A stretch of DNA of 64,000 nucleotides. It comes from an uncultured Gemmatimonadales bacterium (lineage in GTDB: Bacteria > Gemmatimonadota > Gemmatimonadetes > Longimicrobiales > Gaopeijiaceae). This document shows, one piece after another, positions 31,950 through 41,141 of this stretch; position 1 is the first letter of the stretch; each line of letters starts with the position of its first letter. The translations under genes and the position numbers were made by a program. The notes beneath the pieces are model-generated. The model ran no database searches and was not told the origin of the DNA. It was given only the letters and a program-made list of their open reading frames with translations. Location: the NCBI GenBank assembly GCA_963823035.1, contig CAWGKG010000019.1, positions 102,164-166,163 of the forward strand, read 5' to 3'.

Positions 31950-33098
31950 GTGTCCGAGAACGCGTACGGCTGGTCCACCGGGCAGGTGGTGGAGCTACTC
32001 CGCGGGATCGACCTCCTCGCCGGTCTCGAGGACGGCGACCTCGAGCGCGTCGCCGCGATCGTCGAGAGTCGGTCCCTCGAAGCGGGCGAGACCCTCTTCG
32101 AAGCGGGCGGGTCGGGAGGCGCCGCCTGGATCGTCGTCGACGGGAGCGTGGAGCTCGTGGGGAGCCGGCCGGACGGCGGGGAGGAGCGGCACACGGTCCT
32201 CACCGCCGGCCAGACGTTCGGGGAAGATGCGCTGGTGTCGGATGTGCCCCGCTCGGAAACGGCCCGCGCGGTCGAAGGCGCGACCGTGGCGAGGTTGGCG
32301 CGCGGCACGCTGGAGGATCTGCTGGGCGGGGAGTCCCTGGCGTTGCGGATGATCCGCTCCCTCGCAAGCGCGACCGGCGTCGGCGGCGCACCCTCGGACC
32401 GGCTCCGCGGCCGCTCCTGGGAGGTGAGTCGGGCCATGCAGGCGGGCCTCCTCCCGCGCACGGCCCCCCGCCTCGAGGGCTACGAGACGGCCGCGGGTAC
32501 GACGCGCGAGGGGACGGGGCGGGGTGGTTCGGTCTGGGACTGGATCGCGCTCGCGGACGGACGCACGGCGCTCCTCACGCTCGACGTGCGCCAGGACGGC
32601 TTTCCTGCGGCCCACCACATCGGCGTGGCCCGCGCGGTGCTGCGGGTGCTCGCATCGGAGCACGCGACCGTGCCGGAGCTGCTGGCCAAGGCGAACGACG
32701 CGCTTTCCGCCGCCGCGGTGGAGGGCGCTGAGCAGTTCGTGGAGGTGGGCGTGCTCGCCGTATCGCCGGATGCGGTGGAGTGGGCGAGCGCGGGGCGCGT
32801 GCCGGGCGGGCTCATTCGCCGTGACGGCGCCTTCGAGGAGTTCGGTGCGCATGGACCGCCGCTCGGGATGATGGACGGCTTCAAGTACACGGCGCAGCGA
32901 CACACCGTCGCGACGGGGGACACTGTGTTCGTGCTCTCCCACGGGAGCCAGGGGCTGTTCAAGGGCGCCGCAGACCTGGTCGCCCAGCTCCAGGGGAAGC
33001 CCGCCGGCGACGTCGTCACGACGTTGCACTCTGCGATCCGCAAGGCGCAGGGCGAGCGGCGCACCGAGACGTCCGTGCTCTACGCGCGCCGGCACTAG
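31950..33098 (+). CDS. cNMP-binding domain fused to a degenerate SpoIIE/PP2C domain
   Basis: FGEDAL..PRSETARA phosphate-binding cassette; AMQAGLLP, WASAG and GPPLGM SpoIIE-like motifs with catalytic Asp residues substituted. Confidence 0.8.
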   Translation: MSENAYGWSTGQVVELLRGIDLLAGLEDGDLERVAAIVESRSLEAGETLFEAGGSGGAAWIVVDGSVELVGSRPDGGEERHTVLTAGQTFGEDALVSDVPRSETARAVEGATVARLARGTLEDLLGGESLALRMIRSLASATGVGGAPSDRLRGRSWEVSRAMQAGLLPRTAPRLEGYETAAGTTREGTGRGGSVWDWIALADGRTALLTLDVRQDGFPAAHHIGVARAVLRVLASEHATVPELLAKANDALSAAAVEGAEQFVEVGVLAVSPDAVEWASAGRVPGGLIRRDGAFEEFGAHGPPLGMMDGFKYTAQRHTVATGDTVFVLSHGSQGLFKGAADLVAQLQGKPAGDVVTTLHSAIRKAQGERRTETSVLYARRH

Positions 33099-33144
33099 CA
33101 GCCAGGGAGGGCTGAAACCTCCTGGTCGAGGTCCCGTAGGGGGT

Positions 33145-33161
33145 AATTGACATTGTCAATT
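33145..33161. promoter_or_regulatory. Perfect palindrome, putative PadR operator
   Basis: AATTGACA-T-TGTCAATT, AT-rich in a GC-rich genome, 17 nt upstream of the padR ATG; contains TTGACA. Confidence 0.7.
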
Positions 33162-33178
33162 TTATCTCCGAGGACCCC

Positions 33179-33520
33179 ATGGCCCCTTCGAAGAAACAGC
33201 TCGGTGACCTCGAGGAGCTGGTCCTGTTGGCGGTGCTTCGCCTGGGCGACGACGCCTATGGCGCCAGCGTCCGCGAAGAGCTGAAGGTCCAGGCGGGGCG
33301 CTCGGTCTCCATCAGCACGGTCTACGTGACCCTCATGCGGATGGAGGAGAAGGGGCTGTCCCGGTCCTGGATGGGGAAGCCCTCGGGCGAGCGCGGTGGC
33401 AAGGCCAAGCGCCATTTCCAGGTGAGCCCGGAGGGCCTGCAGGCCCTGGAAGCGTCGCGGGCCGTTCGGGAGCGCATGTGGGCCCGGGTGGAGCAGGAGG
33501 GCGAGGCCCATGCCGGCTGA
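33179..33520 (+). CDS. PadR family transcriptional regulator
   Basis: LGDLEELVLLAVLRL, YG, TVYVTLMRMEEKGL and ERGGKAKRHF motifs. Confidence 0.9.
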   Translation: MAPSKKQLGDLEELVLLAVLRLGDDAYGASVREELKVQAGRSVSISTVYVTLMRMEEKGLSRSWMGKPSGERGGKAKRHFQVSPEGLQALEASRAVRERMWARVEQEGEAHAG

Positions 33521-36251
33521 ACGCCCGCCGCGGCCTCCCCGCCTGGCCACCATCCTGGTCCGCTGGCGTCTTCCCGTCGATCTGGCCGACGCCGTGGCCG
33601 GGGATCTCCACGAGGAGTATGCCCTCAGGGTCGCGCCCGCCCACGGTTCCTGGACCGCGGACCTCTGGTACTGGGGGCAGGCTCTCGCCCTGCGCGCCGG
33701 CGCGCTTCGCCGGATCTCCCGCCGCCTTGAAGCCATGCGCCCCACCTGGGAGCGAAATCGCCCCCGACGTGTGGGCACGGATCGACCCGACATCTGGAGT
33801 CGTATGCCCATGCGTCCCGAAGACCTGAAGTACGCGATCCGCCGTCTGGTCCGGAGCCCCGGCTTCACCCTGGTGGCGGTGCTTTCCCTGGCGCTGGGCA
33901 TCGGCGCCAACACGGCCATGTTCAGCCTGGTCAACGCCGTCCTCCTTCGCCACCTGCCGGTGCGGGCGCCGCAGGAGCTGGTGGAGGTCTACACGTCCGA
34001 GTCCAGCGGGTATCCCTACGCCACGTTCTCCCACCCCGACTACATGGATCTCCGGGAGAGCAACGACGTCTTCGCCGGGGTGGTGGGGACCCGGACGTTC
34101 ATCGGCCGCATGGATCGGGGCGCCGAGGCCGAGGTGGTGTTCGGCGAGGCGGTTTCCTGGGACTACTTCTCCGTGCTCGGTGTGCCCATGGCCCTGGGGC
34201 GGTCGTTCCTTCCGGACGAGGACGCCACGCCGGGAACGCACCCGGTGGCGATCCTGGGCTACCGGATGTGGACGGAGAAGTTCGGCTCGGACCCCGGCGT
34301 GGTGGGCACGACCGTGCGCCTGGGGGGGAGAGCCTTCACCGTGGTCGGGGTCGCGCCCAAAGCCTTCACCGGCTCCATGCCGGTGATGGTCACCGGCCTC
34401 TTCGTGCCGCTCATGATGACCGGGGACGTCATGCCCGGCGCCAGCGATCAGCTCGACCGGCGAGGCAGCCGGAGCATGTTCGTGAAGGCTCGCCTCGAGC
34501 CCGGCGTGACGGTGGATCAGGCCAACGCCGCACTCCAGGCCTTCTCCACCGCGCTGGCGGAACAGTACCCCGAGTCCAACGAGAAGCGCGCCATGACGGC
34601 GCTGCCGTCGGGAGACGTGGCCCTGCATCCCCTCGTCGACAAGGCGTTGGTGCCCGTGGCCGGGCTCCTTCTCGGGGTCGTGGGGCTGGTGCTGCTCATC
34701 GCCTGTGCCAACCTGGCGTCCTTCCTTCTCGCTCGTGCGGAGGACCGCCGCAAGGAGATCGCGATCCGACTGGCCCTGGGAGCGGGACGGGCGGCGCTGG
34801 TTCGGCAACTCCTGGTGGAGACGACGCTCCTGGCGCTGCTGGGCGGGGCGGCGGGCATCATCCTCGCGAATTGGACGTTGGACCTCCTCATGAGCTTCAA
34901 GCCCCCGCTCCCCGTTCCCGTGAGCTTCGACGTCTCCCTGGACGGCACCGTGCTCTGGTTCACGGCGGGCGTGTCCCTGCTGGCGGGACTGGCCTTTGGT
35001 CTGGCCCCCGCCCTTCAGGCCACGAATCCAGACGTCGCGCCGACGCTCAAGAACGAGGGAACGGGCGGCGGGCGGCCGAGGCGCTTCAACCTGCGCACCA
35101 TGCTCGTGGTGACGCAGGTCGCCTTCTCCTTCGTCCTGCTCATCGGCGCCGGGCTCTTCGTCCGGTCGATGCAGAAGGCCCAGACCATCGACACCGGGTT
35201 CTACACGGGGCCGGCGGCGCTGGTCTGGCCCATGCCGGAGCTGTCCGGCTACAAGACGGACGCGGAGGCCAGGGCGGCGATGGACAACTACGTCCAGAGA
35301 CTCCTGGACGAGCCCGGTGTCACCGGCGTCGCCAGCGCCGACCGGCTGCCCCTGGGTGCGGGCATCCAGACACGCGGCTACGTCGTTCCCGGCCAGCCGT
35401 CCGAGTCCGTGGACGGCGCGTGGGAGATCGACAATGCGACGGTGTCCCCGTCGTACTTCGACGTCATGGACGTTCCGATCCGCCAGGGCAGGGCCTTCGA
35501 CGAGGCGGATCGCGAGGGGGAGGCCGTGGCCGTGGTGAGCGAGGCTTTCGTGCAGCGCTTCTATCCGGGCGAGGACGTGATCGGGCGAAGCCTCGAAGCC
35601 CGCGACGGAGAACGTCTGCAGATCGTCGGGGTGGCGCGGGACACGAAGGTCCGGACGCTGGGCGAGTCGCCCAGGCCCTACGTGTATCAGGCTCAGCGCA
35701 GGGCCGACTTCTTCGACAACCAACTCGTGATCCGCGGCCGGGGAACCAGCGCCGAGATCCTGGCCACCGCGCAATCCGTCCTCCGGGAGGTGGCCCCCGA
35801 GATGGTGGTCATGGAAGCCAAGACCATGAACGAGCATCTGGCCCTGATGTTGTTCGCTCCGCGCATGGGGGCCCTGCTCCTGGCGGTCTTCGGCGCCCTC
35901 GCCCTCACGCTGGCGGCCATCGGCATCTACGGCGTCGTGAGCTACGCCGTGGCGAAGCGGACCCGTGAGATGGGGATCCGCATGTCGCTCGGGGCATCGT
36001 CGTTGGACATCGTCTCCATGGCCGTGGCCGGTGGGATGCGCCTCGTCATCGTCGGCGGCCTCGTGGGGGTGGTGCTGGCGGGAGGCGTGACCTGGGCCAT
36101 CAAGGGGTTCCTCTACGGTATCGGTGCCACGGACCTCGTGACCTTCGCCGTGATCCCGGTCCTGTTGACGGGGGTGGCTCTGGTGGCGGCCTTCGTCCCC
36201 GCGCTCCGAGCCAGCTCGGTGGATCCGGTGGCGGCGCTTCGGCGGGAGTAG
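33510..36251 (+). CDS. ADOP-type duplicated ABC permease with N-terminal prefix region
   Basis: GDLHEEY prefix, [21 protein letters not shown] and GIYGVVSYAVAKRTREMGIR; overlaps padR. Confidence 0.92.
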   Translation: MPAERPPRPPRLATILVRWRLPVDLADAVAGDLHEEYALRVAPAHGSWTADLWYWGQALALRAGALRRISRRLEAMRPTWERNRPRRVGTDRPDIWSRMPMRPEDLKYAIRRLVRSPGFTLVAVLSLALGIGANTAMFSLVNAVLLRHLPVRAPQELVEVYTSESSGYPYATFSHPDYMDLRESNDVFAGVVGTRTFIGRMDRGAEAEVVFGEAVSWDYFSVLGVPMALGRSFLPDEDATPGTHPVAILGYRMWTEKFGSDPGVVGTTVRLGGRAFTVVGVAPKAFTGSMPVMVTGLFVPLMMTGDVMPGASDQLDRRGSRSMFVKARLEPGVTVDQANAALQAFSTALAEQYPESNEKRAMTALPSGDVALHPLVDKALVPVAGLLLGVVGLVLLIACANLASFLLARAEDRRKEIAIRLALGAGRAALVRQLLVETTLLALLGGAAGIILANWTLDLLMSFKPPLPVPVSFDVSLDGTVLWFTAGVSLLAGLAFGLAPALQATNPDVAPTLKNEGTGGGRPRRFNLRTMLVVTQVAFSFVLLIGAGLFVRSMQKAQTIDTGFYTGPAALVWPMPELSGYKTDAEARAAMDNYVQRLLDEPGVTGVASADRLPLGAGIQTRGYVVPGQPSESVDGAWEIDNATVSPSYFDVMDVPIRQGRAFDEADREGEAVAVVSEAFVQRFYPGEDVIGRSLEARDGERLQIVGVARDTKVRTLGESPRPYVYQAQRRADFFDNQLVIRGRGTSAEILATAQSVLREVAPEMVVMEAKTMNEHLALMLFAPRMGALLLAVFGALALTLAAIGIYGVVSYAVAKRTREMGIRMSLGASSLDIVSMAVAGGMRLVIVGGLVGVVLAGGVTWAIKGFLYGIGATDLVTFAVIPVLLTGVALVAAFVPALRASSVDPVAALRRE

Positions 36252-36387
36252 TCTCTTGTCGCGGGGCGGCGACGGGCACCGCGAAGGCCAGAACCCGGGG
36301 GCCACACGCGGGTACCGAACCACCCGCGCTCCGGGAGAACCCCTTCCGGAAGCATCCTGGACGGGTCAACGCAAGGAAGGTCGGCCC

Positions 36388-36687
36388 ATGGCCGTGACGG
36401 AGAAGGACGTTCGCAACGCCCTCAAGACGGTGAAGGATCCCGAGCTCGGGCTGGACCTCGTGGTGCTCGGCCTGGTCTACGACATCGAAGTCCAGGGCGC
36501 CGACGTGAAGGCGCTGATCTCCCTGACCTCGCCGATGTGCCCGGTGGCCGGCCAGATCGTCGAGGACGCACGCCAGGCGATCGAGGGGATGGAAGGCGTC
36601 GACAAGGCGGAGGTGGAGCTCACCTTCGACCCGCCCTGGACCCCCGAGCGGATCAGTCCGCTCATCCGTTCGTCCCTCGGGCTGTAG
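36388..36687 (+). CDS. DUF59/SufT/PaaD-like Fe-S assembly protein
   Basis: VKDPELGLDLVVLGLVY, LTSPMCP and FDPPWTPE motifs. Confidence 0.9.
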   Translation: MAVTEKDVRNALKTVKDPELGLDLVVLGLVYDIEVQGADVKALISLTSPMCPVAGQIVEDARQAIEGMEGVDKAEVELTFDPPWTPERISPLIRSSLGL

Positions 36688-36757
36688 CAGGTCGCTGAAA
36701 AAGGGGAGTACCGCGACCTGCTAGCCCGCGCGACCGATCCACCCTCCAGGAGTCGTG

Positions 36758-37709
36758 ATGACGCCGTTCACCGAAGACGAGCTCAAGGCCAAGGTCCAGG
36801 ACGGTTACGTCGTCGAGTCCGTCGACGAGATGACCGAGGGCTATCGGAAAGCGCTGGTCGTCCAGTTGACCGTCCAGGCCGACACCGAGCTGATGAGCGC
36901 GCCCGCGTACTGGATGGCAGCGCGGCACGCGCCCTCCACGAACACGCAGGTGAGCGCGCACGCGATCATCCAGGACGAGCTCGCCCACGCGAACATCGCG
37001 TACCGGTTGCTCGAGGACCTGGGCGAATCGAAGGAGTACCTGGTCTACGGCCGTCAGCCGCACGAGTTCAAGCACCCGTACGGCTTCGACCAGCCGCTGG
37101 AGAACTGGGCCGAGCTGGTGGTGGCGAACGGTTTCTTCGACCGGGCCGGCATCACCCTCCTCTCGGACGTCTACCAGAACACCTCGTACGGGCCGCTCAA
37201 GCGCGCGCTCGTGAAGGTGGACATGGAGGAGACGTTCCACCTGAGGCACGGCGAGGTGTGGATGCGCCGTCTCTCCAAGGCCGGCGGAGAGGCGAAGGAG
37301 ATGCTGCAGCGTTCGGTCGACTGGATGTTCCCGATGACCGTGGAGTGGTTCGGGCTGCCGGATGCCATGAAGCGCCACTCGGGGCAGCTCGACTACAAGC
37401 TCAAGGGGCTGACCAACGACCAGCTCCGCCAGGTGTGGATGGCCTCGACCGTCCCGTTGTGCGAGCAGCTCGGTCTGGAGGCGCCCGCGCACTGGGACGA
37501 GGAGAAGGAGGAGTACGTCCTGGACTTCCCCTTCCCCTGCCGCTACGACGACGAGCGCGAAGCGGTGGCTGTTCGACGAGGGGGAGATCTCCTGGGAAGA
37601 GGTGTTCGAGCGATGGAAGGCCCGCGGTCCGATGAACGAGACGTACGTGGAGTCGATCCAGCGGTCCCGCGCCACGGTGGGCGGATGGCTGAACGGCGCG
37701 GCCGCGTGA
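36758..37709 (+). CDS. PaaA-like ferritin-fold diiron epoxidase catalytic subunit (extra base near 37556)
   Basis: ADTE, DELAH, FFD and EETFH diiron ligand pattern; the C-terminus WLFDEGEISWEEVFERWKARGP... continues in the +1 frame to TGA at 37709. Confidence 0.82.
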
Positions 37710-38107
37710 GACTGGACGCCGGGCTCCCCATCCACGTCTCGACCCACAAGAGCGGGGGAAGGGACACGTGGTCGCCGCCCCTCGATGAGGCACCGCCGGA
37801 CCCGACCGCCGCGGTGTGGGCACTCCTCGAGGAGGTGCTCGACCCGGAGATCCCCATCAGCCTCGTGGAGCTGGGGCTCGTGTACGGCGTCGAGGTGCGC
37901 GACGGCGTCGCCGAAGTGCGCCTCACGTACACGGCCACCGCCTGCCCGTGCATGGAGTTCATCCGCGAGGACGTGACCGACCGCCTGGAGCGGGAGTCGT
38001 GGATCCGCGAGGTGCGCCTGGTCGAGGTATGGGATCCGCCGTGGACGTCCGCGCGCATCACGCCGGGGGGACGCCGGAGGCTGCGCGGCCTCGGAGTGGG
38101 CGCTTGA
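37706..38107 (+). CDS. PaaD-like DUF59 protein (lacks zinc ribbon)
   Basis: VLDPEIPISLVELGLVY, TATACPC and WDPPWTS; GTGA overlap with the corrected paaA-like stop. Confidence 0.82.
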   Translation: MRLDAGLPIHVSTHKSGGRDTWSPPLDEAPPDPTAAVWALLEEVLDPEIPISLVELGLVYGVEVRDGVAEVRLTYTATACPCMEFIREDVTDRLERESWIREVRLVEVWDPPWTSARITPGGRRRLRGLGVGA

Positions 38108-38141
38108 GCCCGACGCACGTCAAGCAACCGGAGAAGGGTTG

Positions 38142-38366
38142 ATGCGCGAGTACGTGTACGACGTCTTCGCCCGCAAGAACCGCGGGGATCAGCTCGCCCA
38201 CATCGGGTATGTGGACGCGCTCGACGACGAGACCGCCCGTGTCTACGCCTGGAAGACGTACGACGAGGAGAACTGGTTCGAGATGTGCGTCGTCCCGCGC
38301 TCCGCGATCATCCCCGTGAACCGCGACGACGGGCCGTTCGCGCGCGCGCGCAGGGAGCGGCCATGA
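38142..38366 (+). CDS. PaaB-like small subunit
   Basis: YDVFARK, HIGYVDALDDETARVYA and VVPRSAI resemble the PaaB pattern; position within the cluster fits. Confidence 0.75.
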   Translation: MREYVYDVFARKNRGDQLAHIGYVDALDDETARVYAWKTYDEENWFEMCVVPRSAIIPVNRDDGPFARARRERP

Positions 38367-39160
38367 GCGAGCGGCGGCTTCTCGACACGAGCGGGCTCGA
38401 CGCGCCGACGCGCACCGCGCTTCGGCGCCTCATCCTGACACTCGCCGACAGCAAGCGGCTGATGGGGATCCGCTACTCCGACTGGCTCCTCGGCTCGCCG
38501 TCGATCGAGACCGGGATCGCGGCGTCCTCGATGGCGCAGGACGAATGGGGCCACGCGCGCCTGCTCTACGCGATGCTCAAGGACCTGGGCGAGGACCCGC
38601 ATCCGGTCGAGCACGAGCGCCCGGCAGAGGCGTACGCGTCGATCGATCCCCTCGACGTTGCCTTCCCCGACTGGGCGGCCGTGGTGGCCGGGATGGCCGT
38701 GGTGGACACGGCGCTCGCGGTGGCCCTCAGCGCCTGCGCGGACGGATGCTTCGAGCCCGCGACGACGCGTGTCCCCAAGATGTGCGCGGAGGAGGAGTTC
38801 CACCGCAGCCTCGCCTTCGCGTGGTACCGCCGCCTGGCGGGCTCGTCGAGCAAGGAGGCCCGCCGCCTCCTGCGCGAAGCCACGGACGCCATGCTGCCAC
38901 CGACCCTGGCGTGGCTCGGCGCGGACGACGAAGCGGCGCGCGCGCTCGTGGAGCGCGGGGTGACGCGCTCCGGCCCGCAGCTCGTGGGCGAGTTCCGGGA
39001 GGCGGTGCGGGACGTGCTCGCCTCGGGCGGCGTGGACGTGGACCGGGTGGAGCCCTCGGCCGCCTGGGACGCGGAGCGCGCGCGCGGTCCCGGCCACCCG
39101 GAGGAGGAAGCCATCGAGCGGGTCCGTGGAGACCGAAACCGCATGCTGTTCGTCGAATGA
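38363..39160 (+). CDS. PaaC-like ferritin-fold structural subunit
   Basis: LADSKRLMGIRYSDW, QDEWGHARLLY, DWA and EEEFH; ATGA overlaps on both sides. Confidence 0.8.
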   Translation: MSERRLLDTSGLDAPTRTALRRLILTLADSKRLMGIRYSDWLLGSPSIETGIAASSMAQDEWGHARLLYAMLKDLGEDPHPVEHERPAEAYASIDPLDVAFPDWAAVVAGMAVVDTALAVALSACADGCFEPATTRVPKMCAEEEFHRSLAFAWYRRLAGSSSKEARRLLREATDAMLPPTLAWLGADDEAARALVERGVTRSGPQLVGEFREAVRDVLASGGVDVDRVEPSAAWDAERARGPGHPEEEAIERVRGDRNRMLFVE

Positions 39161-39363
39161 CGACCCGGCACGGTGGGTGGAATCCGGAGGAGCGGCGCCG
39201 CGAGGCACCGCCCGGGCTGCCCGAGTCACCGCCCTGTCCGTTCTGCGAGGAGGGCGAGACCGAGCTGATGAACGCCTTCGGCTCACACGCCTCCGTATGC
39301 ACCTACTGGTGTCGCAGGTGCCGGAGCCCCTTCGAGGTCATGAAGTGGGGACTCGCGCGATGA
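39157..39363 (+). CDS. Stand-alone PaaD-type zinc-ribbon protein
   Basis: CPFC..TELMNAFGSHAS..YWCRRCRSPFEVMK matches the PaaD C-terminal CPxC..FG..CxxC..PF pattern. Confidence 0.78.
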   Translation: MTTRHGGWNPEERRREAPPGLPESPPCPFCEEGETELMNAFGSHASVCTYWCRRCRSPFEVMKWGLAR

Positions 39364-39414
39364 GCCCGTCGCCCACCCCGTCCCCTGTAAGGAGAAGGGG
39401 CCGGCGACGAACTA

Positions 39415-39981
39415 CTAGTCGTCGACCAGCTCCACCTCTTCGAGGAAGTCCTTGAGGGGATTGGCCACGGCGATGGCGCGCTCGGTGATGGCCAACGCGA
39501 TCCGGCCCCGGTCGGCGGGATCACCGCCGAGGTGACGGGACACGGCTTTCCCCAGACGAACATCAGACTCGGAGGCGGCGTGGTGATACTCGGCGTAGCG
39601 CGCGCTGACGCGTTGCTCGAAGATCGGGAGTTGCTCGCGCGGCGTTCCGTGCAGGACCATGTCCTCGAACACGGCCTGGTGCATCGCGTCGAGCCCACGG
39701 CGGATCGTCTGATCGGGCGTGCGTCCCAGGAACGCGAGCTGCGCTCCGCGAGTATGCGCCCACATGAAGAAGATCAATGCTTCCTCGGCCGCGCCGTTCT
39801 CGGGCATCGCGTCCTCTTCGGTCGCCGCCGGCCCGGGCATCGGGGTTTCCACGTCCTCGTGGGCGAGGAAGTCGGTGAAGCTCTCCCAGACGAGGCGAGC
39901 GAGGCTGTCCCCGAGCTCGTCCGTCGTCATGCTCTGGGGAGCACGGAACTCCTGGGTGTCGTCTATCACGGTTTCTGGCAC
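39415..39981 (-). CDS. Hypothetical protein
   Basis: 188-aa ORF with coding-like composition and a predicted helical sequence; no recognised motif. Confidence 0.7.
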   Translation of the reverse strand: MPETVIDDTQEFRAPQSMTTDELGDSLARLVWESFTDFLAHEDVETPMPGPAATEEDAMPENGAAEEALIFFMWAHTRGAQLAFLGRTPDQTIRRGLDAMHQAVFEDMVLHGTPREQLPIFEQRVSARYAEYHHAASESDVRLGKAVSRHLGGDPADRGRIALAITERAIAVANPLKDFLEEVELVDD

Positions 39982-40074
39982 GGTTCAGTCTCGTTGTAAG
40001 CGTTTCAACTTCCCTCAATTCCCCCTTCGGGGGTGAGGGTGTCAAGGTTCTTCGCGAGGAGAGGCCCAAGGTCC

Positions 40075-40784
40075 ATGACTGATCAACCGATCTCCCGGAA
40101 GCCGGTGGGCACGCGTCCGCTCGCCCTGATCGCGTGCGCGCTCGCCGGCGCGGCCGCGGCCCGTGCGGCGGCGCACGGCCGTCCCTTCCCGAGCCCCGCC
40201 CCATCATCATCTACTCCGGAGCGCGGATTCGGGTCGACCAGGATTCGATGGAAGCGATCAACGAGTGGGTGACGCGCGAGCAGACGAACATCGACGATGA
40301 CCCGGGATTCATGGTGGTCACCGACCTGGCGGTGGACGAGGTCTACCCTTGGGACGGGTTCCAGATGTCGGGCGACTCGGTCCACGTCCGCTACGATCCG
40401 AGGGCGGCCGACACGCGTCTCCCGATGATGATCTACGGGCACCTCCACCTCATGGCGCAGATGGGACGCCAGGAGGAGTGGCTGCCGGAAGCCCCCACGG
40501 CGACCGGCTACGACCTCGAACGGGCGATCCTCGCCCGGGTGGCCGACGCCTGGCTCCTGGGGCGGACGGTGTTCGACACCGCGCCCTACGGCCCGCTCGA
40601 CGAGTTGATCTACGCCAAGGGCGAGGGCTACCTGGACGCCTTCATCTTCACGGCGCGGCCGGAGGAGTTCGGTGAGGCGCGCACCGCGTGGGCGCGCGCG
40701 AACCCCGGGCAGGCGGATGCCTACCGCAACTGGTTCGTGGGGACGTTCAACCGCGAGCCGCCCGGTCTGCGGGCGGGCTCGTAG
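40075..40784 (+). CDS. Hypothetical lipoprotein (frameshift near 40160)
   Basis: Signal-like MTDQPISRKPVGTRPLALIACALAG joined to a CGGARPSLPEPRPIIIYSG... body. Confidence 0.65.
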
Positions 40785-40802
40785 CGCGCCGGCGAAGGCC
40801 CC

Positions 40803-41123
40803 TCAGCGCTCGAGGGTGACCTCCCACTGCAGGGAGATCGGCCCGTCGCCCTCCTCGCCGCCGACGTGCACGTCGACGCGGCCGGTGCGCGCGAGGCGCT
40901 CGTCCGTGGGTCGGCCGCCGAACAGCGCGAAGCCGTCGACGCGCGCCGACGCGGAGCGCCCGTCCGGTGCCGTGGCCCGCAGGGTGGATCCCTTGAGGCT
41001 CTTGATGGGCGGCGCTTCACCCGCCTGAAGGCGGAGGCGTAGAATACGTCCGGTGTGTGGGGCGTCCATCGCATCCAGGACGCGGAAGACGACGCCTCGA
41101 CCGGTAGCTGTTCCCGTGGACAT
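40803..41123 (-). CDS. Hypothetical protein (probably leaderless)
   Basis: 106-aa beta-rich ORF; TACTCT -10 box lies 7 nt before the ATG. Confidence 0.65.
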   Translation of the reverse strand: MSTGTATGRGVVFRVLDAMDAPHTGRILRLRLQAGEAPPIKSLKGSTLRATAPDGRSASARVDGFALFGGRPTDERLARTGRVDVHVGGEEGDGPISLQWEVTLER

Positions 41124-41141
41124 GGAAGAAAGAGTATCCGC

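Noticed and set aside
29223..33098. Pycsar/CBASS-like defence system (cNMP domain plus MBL)
   Set aside because: No cyclase or CD-NTase and no TM, TIR or nuclease effector; the context is housekeeping.
36755..38107. Apparent 450-aa PaaA-PaaD fusion in the ORF track
   Set aside because: One extra base near 37556 explains it; the natural PaaA-like C-terminus continues in the +1 frame to a TGA that overlaps the next GTG.
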